A stretch of DNA of 63,946 nucleotides, the filler included, from Octopus bimaculoides (taxonomy: Eukaryota), in NCBI RefSeq assembly GCF_001194135.2. It is 4 parts of 4 records of this genome, joined end to end, with 100 filler letters (N's around TTAATTAATTAA, not from the genome) between each part and the next. Parts side by side here need not be neighbours in the genome. Positions count along the whole stretch, not along the records: positions 43,142 to 57,128 come from NC_069004.1; positions 57,229 to 63,946 come from NC_068990.1; 2 more parts are not named here. One strand, given 5' to 3'. Both the position numbers and the translations under genes were made by a program. The stretch's first letter is position 1. Every line of letters starts with the position of its first letter. This document shows positions 54,447-63,946 of this stretch, piece after piece. The notes below the pieces were generated by a model. That model saw only the letters and a program-made list of their open reading frames with translations, had not been told where the DNA came from and searched no databases.

Positions 54447-55324
54447 CGAGGTGGTAGCAAAAAGGTCCCGAACTAGTTCTGCAGCATGCCAACAGATGGC
54501 AGCACATGGTTGCGTGCGTAGTGAGAGCTTGCAGTGACCTTCTTGAAGCAGTGTGCCGAGTGACATCGTTGTGTTTGCTTGACAAGTTGTGAAATTTGTG
54601 TTTTTGTGATCACATGTATGCTTTAGGCTGAGATTTTTGTCATGGACAGGAAGCTGGAAGAAATGGCCAACATGAAATTTTACGTTAAACTTGTGAAGTC
54701 TGCCTCAGAGACATTGAGCATGCTTCGGCAACCTTATAGGGACAAGGCAATGAGTAGGCAATGTTTCAAGTGGCACGGGCTCACGACAGAATCGCAGCTC
54801 AGTCAAGAACATCCTCATCATTATTTCGACACCCGCCGCATTGTTCAATGAGAATTCGTCCCTCAGGGTCAGAGTTCTTCTGCGACGTTTTGAAGCGTCT
54901 GAGGGAGGACATTCTGCGATAGCTCCTGGATCTGTGGCCCGCGAACAGTTGGATTCTTCACGACTACAATGCACCCTAGCATTGAACTATCCGTATTCGT
55001 GAGTTTCTCGCCAAAAACAATAAGGTATCGCTTCTGCACCCGCCCTGTTCACCAGATTTAGCACATACGGACATCCATATCTTCCCCAAGATGAAAATGC
55101 AACTCAAAGGTCACCGTTTTAACACTGTTGTCGAGATCCAGACGGAATCGCAGACGGTTCTCGACTCGTTTACGCAAAGCGACTTCCATAATGTGGAAGG
55201 GACACTGGGACAGGTGCATTGCCGCGCAATGTGACTATTTCGAAGGAGATTATATTAAAACTTAGGCAAATAAGTTAGTTTTTATTAAACATAACTACCC
55301 CGGGAACTTTTTGATACCACCTCG
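54447..55324 (+). mobile_element. Internally deleted mariner element (878 bp) with both TIRs and TA target duplications
   Basis: TA|CGAGGTGGTAGCAAAAAGGTCCCGAACTAGTT at the left end and AACTACCCCGGGAACTTTTTGATACCACCTCG|TA at the right end (27/32 match). Transposase remnants ANMKFYVKLVKSASETLSMLRQ, WILHDYNAP and HPPCSPDLAHTDIHIFPKMK, with stops and frameshifts. Confidence 0.92.
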
Positions 55325-55459
55325 TATTACATGAAACTTCTACTGTGTCCTAGCATGGTTTCGACCGTGACACGTAAAACTCCGTAAACAATATATTGTT
55401 GCGTGCACATTCATACTTGTAGATATGCATGCATAATATATATATATATATATATTATG

Positions 55460-55790
55460 GCGTGGTTGTGTGGTAATCACATGGTTTCTGGTTCAGTCCC
55501 CAGCGTGGTACCTTCGGCAAGTGTCTTCTACTACAGCCTCGGGACGACTAAAGCTTTGTGAATGGATTCGGTATCTATATGTGCATTTGTTCCCCCACCA
55601 TCACCACTTGACAACCGCTGTTCGTGTGTTTGCGCACCGTAACTTAGCGGTTCGGCAAAAGACTGTTGATAGAATAAATGCTAGGCTTTAACAAAAGTAA
55701 GTCCTGAGGTCGATTTGTTCGACTAGAATCCTTGAAGGTGGTGCTCCAGCATGGCCGCAGTAAAATTACTGAAGAAAATACAAGAATAAA
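55460..55790 (+). mobile_element. SINE family B copy
   Basis: Same head and tail motifs. Confidence 0.75.
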
Positions 55791-56519
55791 AGAATATATA
55801 TATATATATANNNNNNNNNNNNNNNNNNNNNNNNNNNNNNNNNNNNNNNNNNNNNNNNNNNNNNNNNNNNNNNNNNNNNNNNNNNNNNNNNNNNNNNNNN
55901 NNNNNNNNNNNNNNNNNNNNNNNNNNNNNNNNNNNNNNNNNNNNNNNNNNNNNNNNNNNNNNNNNNNNNNNNNNNNNNNNNNNNNNNNNNNNNNNNNNNN
56001 NNNNNNNNNNNNNNNNNNNNNNNNNNNNNNNNNNNNNNNNNNNNNNNNNNNNNNNNNNNNNNNNNNNNNNNNNNNNNNNNNNNNNNNNNNNNNNNNNNNN
56101 NNNNNNNNNNNNNNNNNNNNNNNNNNNNNNNNNNNNNNNNNNNNNNNNNNNNNNNNNNNNNNNNNNNNNNNNNNNNNNNNNNNNNNNNNTATATATATGT
56201 ATATATATATGTATATACATATATATTATTTAGAGTACTACAGGCAGTATTAAAATGCGGAAATAGCAGTCGAAATGACACAAGCACACAAGATGCAAAA
56301 TATTTTTATCCTTGGTATGGGGTCTTAGGCATTTTGTTCATTTGCTCACCTTCAACTTTGGGTTTAAGTGAAAAGTTGTGATTTGACTCCTTTTAACTGC
56401 TATTTCAGCATGTTTGTACTGCCTCTAAATTACCTTAATTATTAAATGATAATTTCACCATTATGTTGTTTTACGCATCCCTAAGTCACTGATATTATTA
56501 TAAACAATAATATCCTCAT

Positions 56520-56575
<56 letters not shown>

Positions 56576-57128
56576 TCACATATATACTTATGTATAAATA
56601 TTATATATAAACAAACATATAAACATTTAAGTGGATGTAAGAAAGATGCGGACCAAGGAGACAGATTGACAGAACAAACAGGTATCGAGACAGATGAATA
56701 GAAAAGACAGAAAGACGCAAACTTACAAACAAATAAAAAAAGAAAAACAAATAGAGAAAAAAGAAAGTAAGAAACAGAGGACGAAAGAAAGAAAGAAAGA
56801 AAGAAAGAAGGAAAGACAGAAAGAAAGACAGAAATGAGGAACGAACGAACGACACATGAAATGAATGATTGCAATGAAAGAATGAATAACTAAAAGAAAG
56901 TATAGAATCGAAATGCAACAACAGAGACATATATGCATGTATGCATGTATACACACGCACACGCACACACACACAGACACACACGCGCACGCGCACACAC
57001 ACACATACACACACACACGCACACATACATAAATATGCCTCTGCAGGTATGTGTACTTACTTTTTTGCCTGAGCAACAGTTGCTAAGTATGTCTTCATCG
57101 ATGATGGTTTAGAAATCCACTTTATATA

Positions 57129-57228
57129 NNNNNNNNNNNNNNNNNNNNNNNNNNNNNNNNNNNNNNNNNNNNTTAATTAATTAANNNNNNNNNNNNNNNN
57201 NNNNNNNNNNNNNNNNNNNNNNNNNNNN
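57129..57228. other. Artificial scaffold-join spacer
   Basis: N44-TTAATTAATTAA-N44. Confidence 0.95.
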
Positions 57229-57420
57229 AGGTGCGACGGTTATTTAGAGCGGCGTATAGGCCGAGTGGCAACGGAATCGTTGAGAGGCACCATCGGATGA
57301 TCAAGGCCATGGCTGAAAGGGGGCACATTTCGCCCCTGGAAGCGGTCTACTGGTACAACATGTTTCCCCGATCCGGACAAGCAGAAGAGTCTGTGCCGCA
57401 CATAGCGGTGTTCAATCCTT
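57229..57420 (+). mobile_element. LTR-retrotransposon (Gypsy-like) integrase fragment
   Basis: FRAAYRPSGNGIVERHHRMIK matches the YxPxxNGxVERxxRxxK integrase core around the catalytic E. The fragment starts at a scaffold edge. Confidence 0.75.
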
Positions 57421-57973
57421 GAAGCTTGCCCCGACCCAAAGAACACTAGGAATAGCAGCTGCTTCTCCCAAACCTAGACCATCACTAGCCACGTCTCGTC
57501 CTGTCCACAACCCCGTTCGAAAAGGGCACGAATCCCGATCGAGGCTCCCTCTGCCCTTTTTCCTCTTCCGGTCAACTCGCCCTTCCGGTCAGCCTCCCCA
57601 GACACTGACGTCGGCCATGTTTACACTGTAAGGCCAGAAAGAAAAATGGCTGAAACTTCAATCACGTGATCACAATAGTACCAACTATAAGCATGCTTGT
57701 TCAGAAGGCAGTGTGACAATAATAAAGATATGTTATGGTGGAAGTGCAGATAACCTTTGACTTTCCTTTGTAGAAATATAGAAATACATATAAGAAACTG
57801 ATATGGTGTTTAAATTCTTTTCCAACATTAAAAATTTCACATATTGAATTAAAACACACATGCATACATGTGTGCATGCAGGTGCATGCATGCATACACA
57901 CATGCATGCATGCACGTACACACGCCCATACATACACATACATACTGTAACAGCTAAGTGCATTTTGAGAAGC

Positions 57974-58033
<60 letters not shown>

Positions 58034-58149
58034 GTCTGTCTATCTATCGATCCATATATATTTATATCTTTTATCTTTTACTGGTTTCAGCCTAGGGCTG
58101 AGGTCATGCTGGTACACCACCTGTAGTTACTCAGTGTTGTTTCTGGTAT

Positions 58150-58893
58150 TGTTTTTGGTGAAGTTGGATGGAGCTGCTCTTCCTCTGGTATCTCAGATAG
58201 AAACCTATCCAGACTTTCCTTGAAAACTTCCACATCAACACCACATATTTCTGCCAGAATCAGATGGAGAAAACACAGAACAACCGCTGGTTTGCCATGC
58301 CCCCAAAATATGTACTGAAAGTGTGATAAAAATCAAATATCCAGCCCAACATTATGGTATTTGGAATGATCACTAGTGATGGTAATGTTATGCCTCCATT
58401 TATCTTCCCATACAGCCTCAGACTCAACATAGAGGCCTGCATCAAGTGCCTGGAGGAGATAGTGCTACAGGATTATGCATAATGCCACGCAAGCAGGAGA
58501 ACTCAGTCATGGTGGTCAAACAATTTCTGCGACCACATCACCCCTAACATCTGGCCACCTAATTCCCCACACTGCAACCCCCTTGTTTACTATGTGTGGA
58601 GTGCAGTTGAGCAAGAGAATAACAAAACTCCTTGTAACACCAAAGATGAACTGAAGGCAAGGATTATGGCAGCTTTCAACAATTTAAACAAGGAGACTGT
58701 CCAGAAGAGTTGTAGGAGATTCCGAAGTCATTTACAGGCCATTGGTGAAGCCAATGGGGATTTTATTGAATAAATTTACTCTTTAGTATTTGAAGATATT
58801 TCAATATAATTTTGGTAAATATATCTGTTAAACTGAGATGTCAGTCTTATTTTCATTTTTGCGTAATTTAGACAATTTATTCACCACACCCTG
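58150..58893 (+). mobile_element. Tc1/mariner DD37D (maT-type) transposon, 3' fragment
   Basis: Remnant translation NNRWFA..IMVFGMITSDGNVMPPFIFP..CLEEIVL/QD...WPPNSPHCNPL(V)YYVWSAVE..TKDELKARIMAAF..CRRFRSHLQAIGEANGDFIE*. There are 37 codons between the second D and the third-D position (GAT mutated to GTT). The right end ...CACCCTG|TA is the reverse complement of a CAGGGTG TIR start. No left TIR found. Confidence 0.85.
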
Positions 58894-59010
58894 TATATAC
58901 AAATGTGTGTGTGTGTGTGTGTGCGTGCGTGTGTGTGCGTGCGTGTGTGTGCTTGCGTGCGTGCGTGCGTGTGTGTGTGTATGCATGTATATGTATGTGT
59001 NNNNNNNNNN

Positions 59011-59066
<56 letters not shown>

Positions 59067-62034
59067 TAAAAGTACTAGACAACATTTGTCATAAGTGCAA
59101 ATGAAAGATAAAACTCATAAGTGTGTAGGTTTGATAAGCATACATTATATTCTTGCTGTTTTTGAAACCACAGGATTTTCTCTTTGTGTCCAGAGTGGTT
59201 TCAATATTTCTATGAAAATATTGAGGCAGCCAGCTCCCAGAATTGTTAGCATGCCAGAAAAATTGCTTAGCAGCATTTTACCCATCTTTTATTTTGAGTT
59301 CAAATTATGTCAAGCTCAACTTTACCTTTCATCGTTTTGGGGCCAACAAAATAAGTACCAGTCAAGCACTGGGGTCAACGTAAACAACTTACTCCCTCCC
59401 CTGAAATTGTTGGCATTGTGCCAAAATTTAAATCAATATTTTATTAAAATTTCATTGAAATTCTCTTATTATTCAAACCTAGTCACAGAAAGAAGAGTAA
59501 CTTAAAGGTGTTTAATGTATACACACACATGGACGGAACTAATGGGTCTGCAATTTATATAACAGCATTAGCATTGACAAGGTGAATGAATGAGTTAATA
59601 GAAACACTTCACAGCATTTAGGATAAGTGGGAATGAAAGGTAAATGTTTGGATATGTGTCTTTAGTAAACACACATTTTAATCTTGTGAAAAGCTTTAAG
59701 TTACTATTCTCTCTTTGGTTAGGAAGAAGTAACTAATCTCACCAACATACTCTAACTCACATCACCCACCCATCCTGGTTCTGTAATTGCTCTATCTTCC
59801 ATTCACCTTCTTGAACATATTGCTCTAAATGAATGAACACATCAGAGACTAATGAAGACTCTTTAATTTTATGAGGTACAAAGCAGCCGAACTAGTGTAG
59901 GTGCCATGATAAAATGCAGTTAACATGCTCTGTAAATTTGTTGCCAACCAAATGGAGACAATGTTAGGTTGAGAGAACCTCTTTGTTTTGTCAAAACATG
60001 CCTATCATTGTAGGGTTGGTACCACAATAAAATGTATCCACTATGTTCTGTAAAGTGGTTGGTCATAGGAAGGGCATCCAGTCACAGAAACTGTGGCAAA
60101 AAATGAAATGTACAAGTGTGATGAGAACAGGCTTGAACTAGTGAGGCAGCCAATGAAAAAGACATCAGATCAACGTCTTTTCTGGACAGAGAAGACAGTC
60201 CTATGATTCCATCACAAAGACCACTTTTAACAGCGAAGTTACAATATATGCTTACTAAAAACATGAGCTCATAAGTTTACCACTTACCTTAAATGTTGTA
60301 TAGAACTTCTATAAATTAATTGATTCACATTGCCAATGACTATACTGATATTCAAATTAGGCAAACAAATTTAGTTCTGTCTCAGTTTGTGTATACAATA
60401 TAGTTTTAAGTTATTATTCTTTTTGTGGTCAAGGAAGAATAGTTGTTCTCTGACATGGGTTTAATCAAACTTGAAAATAGTCAGGTCAATCTCCTTTTCT
60501 AGACACAGTGACAGAAAACCTTGATGACTACATTTTAACAATGGCACTAAAATAGGTTTACTAAAAACACATGTCCATATATTTATCTTACATTTCTATA
60601 TAATGTACATATAATTCCTTCTTTCTTTTGGAAAGTGTGCCTGTGTGTGTGTTTTACAAATGGAAGAGAAAGTACTTAAAACGTGTAGTAGTGTTTATTT
60701 ATTCATTCAAAGTTAAGATCCCTACCGTCTTGCTATTCTGTTTCCAATCTCTATTTGTTTTTAAAAGCAACTGAAGACTGTAACAGAAGCAGGAAATTTC
60801 AGTGTAGCGACGGAGTGAAATTTAACCTTTGACTAAATGAATATATAAACTACATTTATATAATTATAAAAAAACGCAGATCGAATTTGTAAAATTATAA
60901 AGGCACCATACAAGTACATTTACATAAGAAAAAGAGATGGTTTTGGGTACAAAGATTAGAAAAAATATCAGTGTGTTATTCAGTGGCCTTTTAAATAAAA
61001 TAGCATTTAATTGCATTCTGAGGCACCAATTAATATTAATATATTTTTTTTACGAATATTTTGATATAATTAGCTGTTACAACAGGTTCAGCAAGCAACT
61101 GAGACGCTAGGAGTTATCTCCCTTACTTACTGTCGACGAGCAGAAATGCTAGGAGTTGTTTCCCTTGCTTGCTAGTAAGCTAACATAATTTCTTCCCTAT
61201 CATCTTATTTAAAATTGATTTCGAACAATCAATCAAGCATTGTGAGTGCGTGCGTGCGTATGCGTTTGTATTCGCGCACGTGTGATTTAAGTATATTCAA
61301 CACAAATATACTCAAAAATTTGCAAACACGGGATTTTGAATTCAGTTCACTACGCGTCACCTTTGTCTTCCATTCTAACTTCATACTCACCAGTTTTCTG
61401 AGTGAATTTGGTGGACAGCAACTGTGCAGAGGTCCATCATATATATATATATATANNNNNNNNNNNNNNNNNNNNNNNNNNNNNNNNNNNNNNNNNNNNN
61501 NNNNNNNNNNNNNNNNNNNNNNNNNNNNNNNNNNNNNNNNNNNNNNNATATATATAAAATTGTATCCCCACCAAAAACAAAAAAAACTAAAGACAGAGAT
61601 AAGCGAGGGAACAGCAAACATGGTTTATTATGTTGACGCTCAGGTGGAATGGAAGAGTCTTTGACATTTCGAGCCCACGCTCTTCTACAGACACGAATGA
61701 AGAAAGAAAACAATGGAGAGAGGAAACAGAACGTTATATATGTATATCACCTAAAAACAGCCCTAACTCGCAAGCCAATATGACTTGGTAACATGTACTA
61801 TGCTTTCGTTTCATGTGTAAATCGTGAACTGCTTATCACGCGTTCTTTCTCCACTTCTATCAAAAGTATCTTAGAAATCCAAGCTGCTTCTTATGAACAC
61901 AGAATCAGGCTTTAGGGTAACTGTCAAACGGTGGTTCGAGGAAAAAGACTCGACAAAAATCGAGGTACGTCCCATAAGTGTGAGCGACTCATAAACTACA
62001 TGCTCCCTTTAATCAAAATATATTTAAATATCCT

Positions 62035-62370
62035 TTACTTTTTCGCTGTTTCATTGACTGAACTGCGACCATGCTAGGGCACCGCCTGGAAAGATTTTTA
62101 GTCATACATATTTTCTAAAGTTTAGTACATATTCTATCGGTCTCCTTTTGCTGATATGCTAAGTTGCGGGGACGTAAAGAAAGCAATACCGACTGTGAGG
62201 GACACCGGTGGTGGATACGCGCGCGCACGCACACACACACACACACACACATAATGGGCTTCTTTCAGTTTCTGCCTACCAAATCCACTCAGAAGCTGAT
62301 ACGCTGTGGGACTGAACCCCAAAACCATGTGGTTCGAACGCAAACTTCTTATCACACAACCACGCCCACA
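62035..62370 (-). mobile_element. SINE family B copy
   Basis: Same head and tail motifs. Confidence 0.75.
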
Positions 62371-63618
62371 CTTACAAGCGCATGTTATAACACAGGACAA
62401 CATACAGCAGATAACATAATTAATTCTCATTTAAAAGGAAAGATAACCTGTTTTTACTCTCAGAATGAGAATACCACATTTGCTAGAGGTCACAAAATAA
62501 TGCATTATTTTCAGTTTTAAAATTTAGCCCTTAGTGTGTGAAGACGATTGACTCCTTTCACTCACTTGCAGTGCAATGTCTTCATATCTAAATAGGAATT
62601 AGAATGTTTCTTTTTTTCTAATCCTAACTGTAGCTATATGTCAATATAGGAGGGGGTGGAAATAAGGTTAAGATTATTGTGATGATGACATCACTAATGG
62701 TGGCGACAATGACAAAAAGTATGGTGGTGATGGTGTTGTATAAGAACAAGTATACGCATCGGGGAAAGCGGAGGCGGTGGTGGTAGTGGTGCTGCCGCTG
62801 TTGACGATGATGTTGATAATGGTGTTGGTAATGATGTTTAAGGTGATGGGAATGCTGCTGCTGCTGATTTTTCACGAGATTTTCTAAAAATCATACATAC
62901 TTATGAGCATAAGTGCAGTACAAGGGATAGAATATTGAAATCCTTCGTCATAACTGTAAGAACAGTTGATCGTTTCTTCATCTTTTTTTTATAAGGAAGT
63001 CAGAAGAACGCCGCCCATGACTCCTTTTCAGAGACTCATGGGAAGAACGTAGGAAGTTATCCCTAGACAGACTACCTGGCACGAACACTGGTAACAGAAA
63101 GGATACTGTTGAAGTAGCCCATCTAATCTGAGGTGGTGGTCTTAAATCTGACATCGGATTAAGCCAATTAGGCAGATTTTACTGGTGCTTCTTATGACAA
63201 TTTCTAATACTAACTTCTGTTCAGCACTTTACATAAATGATGCTATAGCCCAACCCCACAAAGACGTAATGGTCGTGGTTAGAATGTGATCATAAGTAAC
63301 TTTAATAGAACTTAACCTGAGGGTAAAAAATAACTACGCCTGCTACCTCTTCTTGTAACTCAAGAATGATGATAAAAAGAAATCCATAATCATAGCAAAG
63401 TTATTTATCAATAAATAGTCGGTTTATCTCCCTTGAACTGTCAGTGATTTTTCATAGTTATCTTTCCTTTATAGTCGTTTAGTAGAGATTAGAGAGTTTG
63501 TCATCGATGAAGTCGCGAATCGTGAGAAAGAACTTTCACAACCGAGCGTTGATTGATTGATTGCTTAAATGGACTGAACGATTAATCAAACAATCAATTA
63601 GTTAATTGGTTAACTAAC

Positions 63619-63653
<35 letters not shown>

Positions 63654-63815
63654 CTTTCACTTGTTTCAGTCGTTGGACTGCGTCCATGCTGGGGCACTGC
63701 ATTGAAGACTTTTAGTCGAACGAACCGACCAAAGTACTTTTTCTTTTTACTGAGGTCGATGTAATCGACACATTCCCTCCCACAAAATGACCGCCCTTGT
63801 GACAAAGTTTGAAAC

Positions 63816-63848
<33 letters not shown>

Positions 63849-63946
63849 GAAAGTCTCTCGGATAGTTCTTAATCACCGGTTATTCTTTACTTGAAAGCAG
63901 GAAACAACAAATCACCAAAGGTTTCAAGTAGTACCTTCTCCTGTGA

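Overview
AT-rich, microsatellite-saturated animal genomic DNA from a gapped draft assembly. The repeat content is most consistent with a cephalopod, probably Octopus; this is inferred from recognisable SINE families and was not checked against a database. Three identical 100-bp artificial spacers (N44-TTAATTAATTAA-N44) split the window into four joined scaffolds. No intact, nameable protein-coding gene is visible, and almost all ORFs in the track are translations of microsatellites or N runs. Supported content: a near-full-length but disrupted RTE-clade LINE, two decayed Tc1/mariner elements (one internally deleted with both TIRs, one DD37D/maT-type 3' fragment), Penelope-like (GIY-YIG) fragments, RLE-type LINE 3' fragments, a Gypsy-type integrase fragment, possible LTRs, many copies of about four SINE families, and a few low-confidence candidate exons. 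The most interesting signal is a short element with a tRNA-like Pol III head joined to a tail carrying a minimal hammerhead ribozyme motif of the Penelope type (three copies, two of them head-to-head). A second repeat family has a hammerhead-like fold with a non-canonical U at core position 6.
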